In this document: positions 18,431-29,077 of the stretch, in pieces | How the letters are laid out: each line of letters begins with the position of its first letter | Numbering within the stretch: the first letter of the stretch is position 1 | Assembly: GCA_050947035.1 (NCBI GenBank) | Contig: JBMNVW010000003.1 | Span: forward strand, 25,992-89,991 | Direction: 5' to 3' | DNA from: Patescibacteria group bacterium | Lineage (GTDB): Bacteria; Patescibacteriota; Microgenomatia; 0-14-0-10-38-17 | Length of the DNA: 64,000 nucleotides | Made by a program: the position numbers and the translations under genes | Notes under the pieces: model-generated | What the model saw: only the letters and a program-made list of their open reading frames with translations | Database searches by the model: none | What the model was told of the DNA's origin: nothing

Positions 18431-19762
18431 ATGAAACCAGTTAAAAATTTTCTTATTATTCTTTTTTTAACCCTTTTTTGCCTTTATCTTAATTTACCCG
18501 ATCAACTGTCTTGGCCGAAAAATTTTTTGGGTCAAAATTTTGATGGGCAGATTAACATCCCTCATCCAACCCTATCTTTGGCCGGATGGCAAATTCCTAC
18601 CCGCTACCCTTTGCGTTTAGGTCTAGATTTGGCCGGCGGCAGTCATTTAGTTTTTGAAGCTCAAACTCAAGATTTACCGGAGGAGGAAAAAAGCCGCCTA
18701 TCGGAATCGTTGATAGAAAATATTAGAAGAAGAATTGATATTTATGGTGTTTCTGAAAGCCTGGTTCAATCAGCCTGGGAGGAGGAGTCTTTAAGGGTTA
18801 TTGTTGAATTACCGGGGGTTGAGGATACCCAAGAGGCAATTAATTTAGTTGGTCAAACTGCCCAACTTGATTTTCGTCGTCAAATTGATGAGGCCTCTGC
18901 CTCCGCCGGTTTTGTATCTACTGATTTGACCGGGGCGGATTTAGAATCGTCGGGGGTTGATTTTAATCCTAACACTAATCAGCCGGTAGTAACCTTAGAG
19001 TTTACTAGTCAGGGAAAAGATAAATTTGCTCAAATTACCCAAGAGGTTAGGGGCCAAATTTTGGCTATTTTTTTGGATGAAGTGCCCTTGTCTTTTCCAG
19101 TGGTAGAAGAACCAATTACTCAGGGCCAGGCCTTAATTAGTGGCGACTTTAGCCTTGAAGAGGCAAAAAAACTTTCGGCCCAACTTAACGCTGGGGCTTT
19201 GCCAGTTTCTTTGGATTTAATTAGTCAAAAAACCGTTGAGGCAACCTTGGGTAACCAGGCGATTCAAAAAAGCATTCGGGCCGGTATGGTTGGCTTGGCG
19301 GCGGTGCTAATTTTTATTTTAGCCTTTTACGGTAAATTGGGCCTTTTGACTTGTTTTTCTTTATTTATTTATACCTTAGTTTCTTTTTTCTTGTATCGGG
19401 CTATTCCCATTACTCTGACTTTACCGGGAATTGCTGGTTTTGTTCTTTCGGTGGGAATGGCGGTTGACTCTAATATTGTTATTTTCGAAAGAATAAGGGC
19501 CCAAAAACGGTCTGGCAAAAGCGGTCGAGTTGCCCAAGAGCTGGCTTTTGGCAAGGCCTGGGAGTCTATTAAAGATGCCAATATTTGCACCCTTATTGTT
19601 GGTTTTGTCTTGTTTAATCCTTTTGATTGGTCTTTTTTACCCCTAGCTGGAATGGTTCGCGGCTTTGCTTTAACCCTAAGCTTGGGGGTAATTGTTTCTT
19701 TATTTACGGGGATTATTGTTACTAGGAATTTAATGAGAGTATTTTCGAGGAACACGAATTGA
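18431..19762 (+). CDS. secD: protein translocase subunit SecD
   Basis: LGLDLAGG, LNAGALPV and GMAVDSNIVIFERI motifs. Confidence 0.96.
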   Translation: MKPVKNFLIILFLTLFCLYLNLPDQLSWPKNFLGQNFDGQINIPHPTLSLAGWQIPTRYPLRLGLDLAGGSHLVFEAQTQDLPEEEKSRLSESLIENIRRRIDIYGVSESLVQSAWEEESLRVIVELPGVEDTQEAINLVGQTAQLDFRRQIDEASASAGFVSTDLTGADLESSGVDFNPNTNQPVVTLEFTSQGKDKFAQITQEVRGQILAIFLDEVPLSFPVVEEPITQGQALISGDFSLEEAKKLSAQLNAGALPVSLDLISQKTVEATLGNQAIQKSIRAGMVGLAAVLIFILAFYGKLGLLTCFSLFIYTLVSFFLYRAIPITLTLPGIAGFVLSVGMAVDSNIVIFERIRAQKRSGKSGRVAQELAFGKAWESIKDANICTLIVGFVLFNPFDWSFLPLAGMVRGFALTLSLGVIVSLFTGIIVTRNLMRVFSRNTN

Positions 19763-19796
19763 ACGAATTTAATCACTAATTAAACGAATAAATAGA

Positions 19797-20654
19797 ATGA
19801 ATTTTATCAGATATCGATTTGTTAGTTTTATTTTTTCGGGTTTGTTAATTTTGGCCTCAATTTATGGTTTGGCCCGTTTTGGTCTACTTTTAGGAGTGGA
19901 TTTTACTGGTGGCTCATTAGTGGAGGTTTTGTCAGAGGAAGACAAGGATCAACTTAAAAAGGAGCTTGAGGAAGTTGGCCTAGTTGTTGATCAAATTCAA
20001 GAAACAGGTAGTGGCAGCTTGCTGATTCGCCTTGAAGGGGCCTGGCAGGAAAAAGATGACTTGATTTCTTTTTTTGAAAATAGAGAGGCTCAGATTTTAC
20101 GTTTTGAGACCGTGGGGCCTACTTTTGGCCAAGAATTATTCAAAAAAGCCCTAACCGCAATTGGTTTGACAATAGTTCTGATTCTTGCTTTTATTGCCTG
20201 GCGATTTGGCGATTTTAATTTTGGTTTAGTGGCAATTATTGCCATGATTCATGATAATCTGGTTCTTTTGGGGGCTTTTTCTTTTTTGGGCCAATTTTTG
20301 CTGGCCCCGGTGGACTCTTTGTTTATTACCGCTGCCCTAACCACCTTGGCCACTTCAGTTTATGATACGGTAGTTACTTTTGGTTATATTGGTGATCAAT
20401 TAAAGCATTCTTTTTCCTCGACCAATATTGAAGAAGCGGCCAATGAAGCTATTAATGCTACGGTGGTAAGAAATATTAATAACTCCTGGACAATTATTTT
20501 TATGTTAATAGCAATTTTGCTTTTAGGGGGAGAGACAGTAAGCTGGTTTGCCGCCGCTTTATTGATAGGGACAATTTTAGGGACTTATTCCTCAACTTTT
20601 TTGGCTGTGCCCCTTTTGGTAGTTTGGCAAAAGGCAAGGGCGAAAGAAAAATAA
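19797..20654 (+). CDS. secF: protein translocase subunit SecF
   Basis: LGVDFTGG, VGPTFG and GTYSSTFLA; follows secD. Confidence 0.95.
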   Translation: MNFIRYRFVSFIFSGLLILASIYGLARFGLLLGVDFTGGSLVEVLSEEDKDQLKKELEEVGLVVDQIQETGSGSLLIRLEGAWQEKDDLISFFENREAQILRFETVGPTFGQELFKKALTAIGLTIVLILAFIAWRFGDFNFGLVAIIAMIHDNLVLLGAFSFLGQFLLAPVDSLFITAALTTLATSVYDTVVTFGYIGDQLKHSFSSTNIEEAANEAINATVVRNINNSWTIIFMLIAILLLGGETVSWFAAALLIGTILGTYSSTFLAVPLLVVWQKARAKEK

Positions 20655-20659
20655 ATAGC

Positions 20660-22051
20660 CTATTCTTGGGTCTTAGAGGAAGAAGAGAACTGCTTTTCCA
20701 GCTTCTCTAATAAGGCTTTTTTATTGTTGGGGATTTGACCTTCTTCAACTTGATTAAAAAGAGCCGATAGAATTTCCCCCACTCGAGGGCCAGGAGGAAT
20801 ATTTAATTTTTCCATAACGTCATGACCGTTAATTTTTAGGTCTTTAATTGAAAAGGGTTCTTTTTGGACCTCAACTAATCTTTTTTTGAATAATTCCGTT
20901 CGCCAGGAAGTTTGTTTGGCGCCACTGCCTAGGCGATCGCCAGTACGAAGGGAAAGCATATCAGGGACATCCTTTTTGCCGACTCGACGAATAAATCTTT
21001 TAATGGCTTTATCAGTTTGTTTTTCAGAAACAGAAAATTGATGGTGGCGGACCAATTTTGTTAGACGATCTTGATCTTTTTTGGACAGCTTTAGTCTTTT
21101 ACCAATTTGACGAGCCAGCGAAGCCCCGACCACCTCGTGATTATGGAAAGTTCTTTGGCCATTTTTATCTTCAACAACAATGGGTTTACCGACATCATGA
21201 ATGAGGGCGGCTAGTTTAACAACAGGGTCTTGGCTGGGGCAGTATTGGGCGGATAAAAGAGAGTGTTTCCAAACTCCCCAAATATGATGGCCTTTTTGCT
21301 CCATTTGATAGCCCTTAATTAACTCTGGTAAAAGATAATTAATTAGGTCAGTTTTTCTTAGAGTTTCGAAAGCTGATTCAATCTGATCAGTAAGAAGAAT
21401 TTTGAATAATTCTTGGCGAATTCTTTCCCAAGAAACATTTTTAATTAATGAGGCTTGGTTTTTAATGGCCGATAAGGTTTTTTTTTCGATTTTAAAATTA
21501 AGTTGGGCTGATAGACGAACGGCTCGCAATAATCGCAAGGCATCTTCAGCAAAGCGCTTTTGAGGTTCACCCACGGTCCTGATTAGGCCGGCTTGTAAAT
21601 CTTTTTGACTAGAAAATTCATCGACTAGTTTTGGCTGAAAAGATTTTTGTTTAGCCCAAACCCCCAAAGCCAGAGCGTTGATAGTAAAGTCCCGTCGGGA
21701 GAGATCTTCCTCAATGCTTTTTCCCCAGGTAATTTGGTTGGGGTGGCGGTGGTCTTGATAGCCAGATTCGGATCGGAAAGTGGTAATTTCGATTTGTCTT
21801 TTTTTTTGGGCAATTTTAACCGTACCATAGGTATTATCATAAAAGCTTTTCGGGAAAAGTTCTTGAGTTTTTTCTGGTGGGGCTGATGTGGCCAGGTCCA
21901 AATCTTCTATCGGCCGATCAAGCAAAAGATCTCGAACTGCCCCGCCGACCAAAAAAATATCAAAACCGGCTTGATAGAATATTTTTAATATGGGCAGTAT
22001 TTCTTTGGGAAGTTTTTTAAGTAGGTTTTTGGTAATTGTGTCTTTTTTCAT
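20660..22051 (-). CDS. cca: CCA-adding tRNA nucleotidyltransferase with HD domain
   Basis: VGGAVRD, DLDLAT, RRDFTINA, EDALRLLR and HDVGK motifs. Confidence 0.92.
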   Translation of the reverse strand: MKKDTITKNLLKKLPKEILPILKIFYQAGFDIFLVGGAVRDLLLDRPIEDLDLATSAPPEKTQELFPKSFYDNTYGTVKIAQKKRQIEITTFRSESGYQDHRHPNQITWGKSIEEDLSRRDFTINALALGVWAKQKSFQPKLVDEFSSQKDLQAGLIRTVGEPQKRFAEDALRLLRAVRLSAQLNFKIEKKTLSAIKNQASLIKNVSWERIRQELFKILLTDQIESAFETLRKTDLINYLLPELIKGYQMEQKGHHIWGVWKHSLLSAQYCPSQDPVVKLAALIHDVGKPIVVEDKNGQRTFHNHEVVGASLARQIGKRLKLSKKDQDRLTKLVRHHQFSVSEKQTDKAIKRFIRRVGKKDVPDMLSLRTGDRLGSGAKQTSWRTELFKKRLVEVQKEPFSIKDLKINGHDVMEKLNIPPGPRVGEILSALFNQVEEGQIPNNKKALLEKLEKQFSSSSKTQE

Positions 22052-22099
22052 TATAATAAAAAAAAGAATTACTGTTTATATTAACAAACTCATTCTATC

Positions 22100-23782
22100 A
22101 TGAAAGACTGGCAAGTTAAGTTTAGGCCTCTTGGTCAAACGACCAAAAAGCGTCAAAAAGAAATAATTGATTTTTTGTTAGCTGATCGAGGAATTATGAA
22201 GGAAAAGGATTTTTTTTCTCCTCCTCGTCCGACTAATATTTTGCCCCAAGATGTGGGTATCAATCCTAAGAAGATTGATCAGGCGATTAAAATAATTTTA
22301 GCGACTAAAAAATCGGGTCAGAAAGTTCTAATTTGGGGAGATTATGATGCTGACGGCATTGTCGGCACCAGTCTTCTCTGGGAGGCTTTGTGGAAATCAG
22401 GAATTGAAGCAATTCCTTTTATTCCCGACCGATCGGAGGGTTATGGTCTTAGTTTTTCCTCTTTTAAAAAAATTTATCAAGAAAATCCCGATATTAATTT
22501 AGTAATTACGGTTGACAATGGTATCGTTGCCCACAGTGAGGTTGATAAGATTGCCTCTTTGGGACCAAAAGTTATTATCACTGATCATCATACCAAGGGA
22601 AAAAAACTTCCTTTGGCCAAGACCATTGTTTGGAGTGACCAGGTTTGTGGAGCGACAGTGGCTTGGTTTTTAGCGCGAAAAATAGTCGACCAGGATGATT
22701 ATGGCTTAGATTTAGTTGCCTTAGCGACAGTGGCCGATATGATGCCCCTTTTGGGGCCAAATCGAAGTCTAGTTAAGTTCGGTCTAGACTATTTGGCTAA
22801 AACTGATCGGCCAGGCCTAAAGGCTTTGATGAAGCAAGCCGGAATTGATAGTCGCCAAGGCCTATCAGTCTATCATTTAGGATTTTTGCTTGGGCCCCGG
22901 CTTAATGCCATGGGTCGGCTTTATAATGCTTTGGATTCGGTTCGCCTTCTTTGTACCATCGATTCAGATCGAGCCCAGAAATTAGCCGAAAAATTAGATT
23001 TAGCTAATCGTAAGCGGCAAACCATGACCACCAAGGCCCTAGAGATTGCCAAAAAATCTTTGCCGGAAAAGATTGATCAAGAAAAACTAATTTTTGTTCA
23101 TCATCCCTCTTTTCATCCTGGAATTATTGGCTTAGTGGCTGGAAAGTTAACCGAAAGTTTTTATCGGCCCAGCGTAGTTTTGGCCGAAGAAGATGGCTTT
23201 TGTCGGGCCTCTTGTCGATCGGTTAAGGGTTTTAATATTATCAAGGCCCTAAAAGATCTCGATGGACTAATTGATGTTGGCGGTCACCCTTTGGCCGCCG
23301 GATTTACTATTAAAAAGAAGGATTTGGCTAAAGTAAAGAAACAACTTTTATCTTTGGCCCAAAAAAGGATTAAGGCCAAAGCACTTCAACCAGCCTTGAC
23401 TATTGACGCTAAGGTTAATTTTCCCGATCTTAATTATGGTTTTTGGAAAAAATTGAATCGTTTTGCCCCTTTTGGTCTTGGTAACCCGGAACCGGTTTTT
23501 TACACCTCCCAAGCTATTATTAAAAGTCTAAGGCGGGTGGGGCGAAACGGTGATCATTTGAAATTAATTCTTGATGATAGCCAAACCAAGAAGGTAGAGA
23601 AAACTCCGGCCCAATTTGATATTGGCCAACAATTATTGCCAGGAATTGGTTTTGGTTTAGGTCAGGAAGATCTACAGGTTGGTGATCAGGTTGATTTGGC
23701 CTTTAACCTAATTCTTAATCGCTATCGAGGTCAGGAAAACTTAGAATTGAAAATAAAAGGAATAAAAAAATATGAAGGCTGA
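22100..23782 (+). CDS. recJ: ssDNA-specific exonuclease RecJ
   Basis: GDYDADG, TVDNG, TDHH, GGHPLAAG and PFGLGNPEP motifs. Confidence 0.96.
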   Translation: MKDWQVKFRPLGQTTKKRQKEIIDFLLADRGIMKEKDFFSPPRPTNILPQDVGINPKKIDQAIKIILATKKSGQKVLIWGDYDADGIVGTSLLWEALWKSGIEAIPFIPDRSEGYGLSFSSFKKIYQENPDINLVITVDNGIVAHSEVDKIASLGPKVIITDHHTKGKKLPLAKTIVWSDQVCGATVAWFLARKIVDQDDYGLDLVALATVADMMPLLGPNRSLVKFGLDYLAKTDRPGLKALMKQAGIDSRQGLSVYHLGFLLGPRLNAMGRLYNALDSVRLLCTIDSDRAQKLAEKLDLANRKRQTMTTKALEIAKKSLPEKIDQEKLIFVHHPSFHPGIIGLVAGKLTESFYRPSVVLAEEDGFCRASCRSVKGFNIIKALKDLDGLIDVGGHPLAAGFTIKKKDLAKVKKQLLSLAQKRIKAKALQPALTIDAKVNFPDLNYGFWKKLNRFAPFGLGNPEPVFYTSQAIIKSLRRVGRNGDHLKLILDDSQTKKVEKTPAQFDIGQQLLPGIGFGLGQEDLQVGDQVDLAFNLILNRYRGQENLELKIKGIKKYEG

Positions 23783-25277
23783 TAAACAAAAAGAAATTAC
23801 CATTGACCAATTGGTTGAAAAAATAGCCGGTTATCATCCCAAGTCAAATAAGAAGCTAATCGAGCGGGCTTATGATTTTGCCAATCGTTATCATCAGGGC
23901 CAAAAAAGACTTTCTGGTGAACCAGTAATCAACCATAGCTTATCAGTTGCCGATATTGTGGTTGATTGGCGGTTAGATTCGGCCTCAGTCGCGGCCGCCT
24001 TACTACATGACGTGGTCGAAGATACTCCAGCCAAGATCGAGACTATCAAGAAAAAATTTGGTCGAGAAATGGCTAATTTGGTAGATGGTCTAACTAGAGT
24101 TAGTCGGGTAAGATTGCGCGGCTCTAACAATGAACAATTTATCGAAAACTTAAGAAAGATGTTTTTAGCCATGTCACGGGATTTGCGAGTGGTGTTTGTT
24201 AAATTGGCTGATCGTTATCATAATATGCAAACTTTGGAGCATCTTCCGCCCGATAAACAGTTTGGCATTGCCGAAGAGACTTTAGAGGTTTATGCCCCTT
24301 TGGCGGAGCGGTTAGGGATGGGTCGGGCTAAGGGAGTCTTAGAGGACTTGGCCTTTATGTATTGTCACCCGGCCGACTATGAGTGGCTGATTGATTATTC
24401 AGCCTCCTATTATAAGAAAGCGGAGAAGAGAATTAAAAAGTTAAAGAGAACTATTCTTAAAGAGTTGGCTCAAGAAGGGGTTCGAGTCAAGGTCGATGGT
24501 CGAGCCAAACACCTTTACAGCCTGTGGCGGAAGTTATTGCGGCCGGAAAACGAGAAAGATATTAATAATATTCACGACTTAATGGCCCTAAGAATTATAA
24601 CTTCTGATATTAATGAATGTTATTTGGCTCTAGGTTTGGTTCATAAGTTGTGGCGCCCGGTGCCCCATTTGGGAGTTCGAGACTGGATTGCCCAGCCCAA
24701 ACCCAACGGTTATCGATCAATTCATACCAATGTTTTTTTGGGTGATGGTCAAATTATTGAGATTCAAATTAGGACGGAGGAAATGCACGAACAGGCCGAA
24801 CACGGAGCAGCGGCCCATTGGCATTTGGCAGAAATTAAATCTAAAAATAAAATAGACTCTCAAGGAATTGATCAAGGAAAATTTTTTTCTCCAACTCAAA
24901 AAATGGCTTGGGTTAAACAGCTGGCGGCCTGGCAAGATGAAATTATTGATTCGGGTGATTTTATTGCCTCAGTTAAATTTGATGCTCTAAAGCATCGGAT
25001 TTTTGTTTTTTCTCCCAAGGGCGATGCCTTTGATTTGCCTGATGGGGCCACTCCGGTTGATTTTGCCTACAAGATTCACACCAAAATGGGTCATCAGGCT
25101 TGTGGGGCCAAGGTTAATGGTCGGATGGCGAGCTTAGACTATCAGCTTAAAAATGGAGAAATTGTGGAGATTTTACTTGACCGTAACCGAAAAGGACCGG
25201 CTTCTTCTTGGTTGGATTTTGTCAAAACCCGCTTGGCAAAGAGGAAAATTAAATCGGCCCTGAGAACTAGCATCTAG
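23772..25277 (+). CDS. rel: RelA/SpoT homologue (HD + synthetase + TGS, no ACT domain)
   Basis: LLHDVVED, KLADRYHNM, NGYRSIH, EIQIRT and TPVDFAY motifs. Confidence 0.93.
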   Translation: MKADKQKEITIDQLVEKIAGYHPKSNKKLIERAYDFANRYHQGQKRLSGEPVINHSLSVADIVVDWRLDSASVAAALLHDVVEDTPAKIETIKKKFGREMANLVDGLTRVSRVRLRGSNNEQFIENLRKMFLAMSRDLRVVFVKLADRYHNMQTLEHLPPDKQFGIAEETLEVYAPLAERLGMGRAKGVLEDLAFMYCHPADYEWLIDYSASYYKKAEKRIKKLKRTILKELAQEGVRVKVDGRAKHLYSLWRKLLRPENEKDINNIHDLMALRIITSDINECYLALGLVHKLWRPVPHLGVRDWIAQPKPNGYRSIHTNVFLGDGQIIEIQIRTEEMHEQAEHGAAAHWHLAEIKSKNKIDSQGIDQGKFFSPTQKMAWVKQLAAWQDEIIDSGDFIASVKFDALKHRIFVFSPKGDAFDLPDGATPVDFAYKIHTKMGHQACGAKVNGRMASLDYQLKNGEIVEILLDRNRKGPASSWLDFVKTRLAKRKIKSALRTSI

Positions 25278-25312
25278 TATTTAACATTCAGTATTTAGTA
25301 TCTGGTATTTAG
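25271..25312 (+). repeat. degenerate 7-mer tandem tract (TATTTAG-like x6)
   Basis: CATCTAG TATTTAA CATTCAG TATTTAG TATCTGG TATTTAG; contains the rel stop codon. Confidence 0.7.
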
Positions 25313-25380
25313 GTTAAAGGTTTAACAGGGGAAAAACTAGATCTTTTTATTTCTTGTCTTGAGATTGCTTTTTTTACTTT

Positions 25381-25469
25381 GTCATCCTGAGCCCTTAGGC
25401 GAAGGATCCCGTGCTTGGCTGCCTTTTCGGTTGGGATTCTTCTGTCGCCTGAGGCGGCCTCAGAATGAC
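25381..25469. repeat. REP-like palindromic element (GTCATCCTGA...TCAGAATGAC)
   Basis: Left arm is 29/30 identical to the reverse complement of the right arm at 55943-55972. Confidence 0.85.
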
Positions 25470-25616
25470 GGGGGAAAGACCCCTTAGAATAAAAAACAAT
25501 TTAACAATTTAGCCATTGAATAATTTTTCCTTATTTGGAATTTAGAAAATTGGAATTTGTTTGGAAATTGGGTTAATTGGAAATTGAAAATTTTCTTGAG
25601 GTGTTATAATTTAACT

Positions 25617-26999
25617 ATGTTGGCAGAACGAACCCTAATCGGCGAAACAGTGGATAAGGTTGGTCAGGAAGTAACTCTTTATGGCTGGGTTAACAGCGTT
25701 CGTGATCATGGCAAATTGGTTTTTTTTGATCTTCGCGATCGATCCGGCCTAATTCAGGTGGTAGGGGATAAAGAGCTTTTTGGTGAGGTCAAGAATGAGT
25801 TTGTTTTAGTTGTTAGGGGAGAAGTAAAAAAACGACCCGAACGCTTGGTTAATGACAAAATTGCCACCGGCAAGGTCGAAATAGAGGCCAAAAAGGTGAC
25901 CGTTTTGGCCAAAGCCAAAGATTTACCCTTTGATATTTACGGTTCAGGCAAAAAAATAAACGATGATCTTCGTTTGCGTTATCGATATCTTGATCTAAGA
26001 CGACCCAGACTGAAGAAGAACTTAGAGTTTCGTCACCGATTAATGCAGGCGGTGCGTCAATCATTATCAAATCGTGGTTTTTGGGAAATAGATACTCCTA
26101 ATTTATCTAAATCAACCCCGGAGGGGGCGCGGGATTTTTTAGTTCCCTCTCGCCTTCATCAGGGTAAGTTTTATGCCTTGCCTCAATCACCCCAGCAATA
26201 CAAACAATTGTTAATGGTGGCGGGAATAGAAAAATATTTTCAGATTGCCACCTGTTTTCGCGATGAGGATTTACGGGCTGATCGAGGCTTGGAGTTTAAA
26301 CAAATTGATATAGAGATGTCATTTGTTTCTCGAGACGAAATGTTAACTTTGGTTGAGGAGATTATTATTGAAGTAGTGGAGAAGGCCTTGGGTAAAAAAA
26401 TAAGCCAAAAACCCTTTCCAAAAATTTCTTATCAAGAGGCAAGAGAAAAGTATCAAACCGATAAGCCGGATTTAAGAAAAGACTCTAGTGATCCCCAGGA
26501 GCTGGCTTTTGCTTGGATTGTTGATTTCCCTCTTTTTGAAAAAACAGCCACTCGCCAAATTAATCCGATGCACCACCCTTTTACCAGCCCCAATCCGGAA
26601 GATTTAGATAAATTAACTACCGAGCCGCTAGCTGTTCGATCTTGGCAATACGATTTAGTTCTTAATGGTCAGGAAATTGCTGGTGGCAGTATTAGGATTA
26701 CTGATCCAGTTGTTCAAAAACAGGTTTTTAAAGTTTTGGGCCACAAGGACAAAGAAATAGCAGACCGGTTTGGCCATCTTTTGGAAGCTTTTACTTATGG
26801 GGTGCCGCCTCATGGGGGAATTGCTTTTGGGTTTGATCGTTTGGCGGCAATTTTATCAGGAGAAGACAGCATTCGGGAAGTAATTGCTTTTCCGGTTAAT
26901 TCTTCTGGTCGAACTTCGGTTATGGCGGCTCCTTCTGGGGTTAGCCCCTCTCAGCTGAAGGAGTTGGGTTTAGAAATTATTGATGAAGATACGGATTAA
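25617..26999 (+). CDS. aspS: aspartate--tRNA ligase lacking the GAD insertion domain
   Basis: RYRYLDLRR, TPEGARDF, LPQSPQ, CFRDEDLR and PPHGGIAFGFDR; start reassigned to ATG 25617. Confidence 0.96.
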   Translation: MLAERTLIGETVDKVGQEVTLYGWVNSVRDHGKLVFFDLRDRSGLIQVVGDKELFGEVKNEFVLVVRGEVKKRPERLVNDKIATGKVEIEAKKVTVLAKAKDLPFDIYGSGKKINDDLRLRYRYLDLRRPRLKKNLEFRHRLMQAVRQSLSNRGFWEIDTPNLSKSTPEGARDFLVPSRLHQGKFYALPQSPQQYKQLLMVAGIEKYFQIATCFRDEDLRADRGLEFKQIDIEMSFVSRDEMLTLVEEIIIEVVEKALGKKISQKPFPKISYQEAREKYQTDKPDLRKDSSDPQELAFAWIVDFPLFEKTATRQINPMHHPFTSPNPEDLDKLTTEPLAVRSWQYDLVLNGQEIAGGSIRITDPVVQKQVFKVLGHKDKEIADRFGHLLEAFTYGVPPHGGIAFGFDRLAAILSGEDSIREVIAFPVNSSGRTSVMAAPSGVSPSQLKELGLEIIDEDTD

Positions 27000-27963
27000 A
27001 CTGCCCAGGATTTCTTTAAAAAAAGAAAAGATTAAAAAGGTTTTTTCTTGGCCCTTTTGGCCCCTTTTTATTGCCCTGTCTTTTTTGTTTTTGCCGGGAA
27101 ATTCTTTTTATGAGACCCTAGATCTTTCTTCTGGTGTTGTCGCCCTAGATGAGAAAAATAAAAGCTTACCTTCTTTACCCGATCTCCAGGTTAAGGTTCT
27201 TTCCGGTGAGCCCCAAATTGCCGCCCGATCAGCTCTTTTGGCTGATTATGATTCCGGCCAAGTTTTATACCAAAAAAATATTAATCAGGCTTTACCTATG
27301 GCCTCGTTAACTAAAATTATGACTGCCTTAATTATTTTGGAGGAGATTCCCGAAGAAGAAATTATTACTGTTGGTCAAGTTTGGACAGAGGGAAAAAGTG
27401 TCGGCCTATCAGCCGGTGAACAGTTTTTGGTTTCTGATCTTGTTTATGCTCTTTTAGTCATGTCAGGAAACGACGTGGCCGAAGTTTTAGCTCAAAACTA
27501 TCCTGGTGGTCGAATTGCTTTTATGGCCCGGATGAACGAAAAAGCTAGGCAGTTGGGTCTTGTTGATACTTCTTTTGTTAATCCTCATGGCCTGGACCAG
27601 GTGGGTCATTATAGCAGCGCCCGAGACCTGTTTGCTTTAACTAACTATGCCCTAAAAAATGATCTTTTTAGGGAAATTATCAAGAAAGATAATGGTTTGA
27701 TTTGCGATTTGACAGGAAATAGTTGTTATCAGATCGAAGCCACTAACGAATTAATTAATTTTCCTGGTGTTTTGGGGGTAAAAACTGGTTATACCGATCA
27801 GGCGGGAGGGTGTTTTGTTGGTTTTTGGGAACAAGAAGACCGGCGATTTTTAAGTGTTGTTTTGGGGTCAAACAATCGATTTTGGGAAACCCAAAACTTA
27901 TTAGGTTGGGGCATGGTTAGCTTTTTACCAGAAGAGGTTAATTTGCTTGATTTTCTTGACTAA
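26983..27963 (+). CDS. D-alanyl-D-alanine carboxypeptidase (peptidase S11)
   Basis: SLTK, SGN and KTG penicillin-binding motifs. Confidence 0.92.
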   Translation: MKIRIKLPRISLKKEKIKKVFSWPFWPLFIALSFLFLPGNSFYETLDLSSGVVALDEKNKSLPSLPDLQVKVLSGEPQIAARSALLADYDSGQVLYQKNINQALPMASLTKIMTALIILEEIPEEEIITVGQVWTEGKSVGLSAGEQFLVSDLVYALLVMSGNDVAEVLAQNYPGGRIAFMARMNEKARQLGLVDTSFVNPHGLDQVGHYSSARDLFALTNYALKNDLFREIIKKDNGLICDLTGNSCYQIEATNELINFPGVLGVKTGYTDQAGGCFVGFWEQEDRRFLSVVLGSNNRFWETQNLLGWGMVSFLPEEVNLLDFLD

Positions 27964-29011
27964 CCGCGGAAGGGTCAAGAGCTGGCAGATAAGCTAAAAA
28001 ATTATTTAAGCCCTCAAAAACAAAAATAGGTTGTAAAAAACTTTGCGGCACTTCAGGATCAAAGTAGGCCAGGTAAATATTTCGGATAGTAATTGATTTA
28101 TCCTGGTCATTATCACCTAATCGAGCAATAAAACCTTGGCCAGAGTTTAATTCTTCCCAGGCGGTGACGGAAGATTTGATTGGATAGGTGCCAAAACGGT
28201 CATAGTTAATTGGATAGCGAAGATATTTACCAAAAATAAATTGCTGATAGCCGGACGAGGAAGTAACAATAAAAGAAATGTTGGCTTCATTAGGGTTGGG
28301 AGGCATGATGGGTCGATCATCGAGATCGGCTCGTCTTAAGTTAATTTTTAATAATTGACTTTCCGAAAGAGAAACAGTCTGGATTAATTGTTGTTTTTTA
28401 GAATCGTATTTTAAAAATAAATAGGTGGTTTTTTGGGGATCGATATCCTCAGGCCACATTTTGGCTTTGCCGAGAAGATTTTGGACAGCCCTAAGGGCTT
28501 GGGCCTGGCCTGGCCCTTGAGAGTTTACAAAAAAAGGTTTATTTTCCCAGGGGTAGTTAATCTCAAAATTATTATTAATAGTGTCAATTTTTAGAGTGGC
28601 CCCCGTTTCTTTGTTGCTAAAAGCAAACCGGGTTGAACTGATTTTTCCCAGTTCTCTACTAAAACCAAGGGCGGCAGCAGTTTCCCTGGTTTTATCTTCA
28701 TCGAAAAACTTTGGTCCTAAAATAGGAATAAAATAAACTCTTGCTTGAGTGCCGAGGTTGGGCAAATTACCATCAATAGTTTGCAATGAAAAAGAAAGAT
28801 CGTCCTTTTGATATTTTTCTGATCCAAAATTAAGGGAGGGAATTTTGCCTAAGGCTAAGTTGGGAGGCGGAGGTGGTTGGGGGTGACGCTCTTCCCAATA
28901 AGAACGAAAAGCTCTAGTGGCAGGAACAAGAATAATAATCGCCGCCAGACCAATAAGAGAAAATTTAATGAACTTTCGGGCATAGTGGGCAGTTTGGCTT
29001 AGTTGACTCAT
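27938..29011 (-). CDS. hypothetical membrane-anchored protein
   Basis: 357-aa ORF with N-terminal TM, poly-Pro linker and C-terminal LQPIFVFEG. Confidence 0.8.
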   Translation of the reverse strand: MSQLSQTAHYARKFIKFSLIGLAAIIILVPATRAFRSYWEERHPQPPPPPNLALGKIPSLNFGSEKYQKDDLSFSLQTIDGNLPNLGTQARVYFIPILGPKFFDEDKTRETAAALGFSRELGKISSTRFAFSNKETGATLKIDTINNNFEINYPWENKPFFVNSQGPGQAQALRAVQNLLGKAKMWPEDIDPQKTTYLFLKYDSKKQQLIQTVSLSESQLLKINLRRADLDDRPIMPPNPNEANISFIVTSSSGYQQFIFGKYLRYPINYDRFGTYPIKSSVTAWEELNSGQGFIARLGDNDQDKSITIRNIYLAYFDPEVPQSFLQPIFVFEGLNNFLAYLPALDPSAVSQENQAN

Positions 29012-29077
29012 TTATTCGGCAGTGGATGATTTTCATGTTTGAGTATAGCATTGGCAAGTGATAAAATTCAAACCAAG

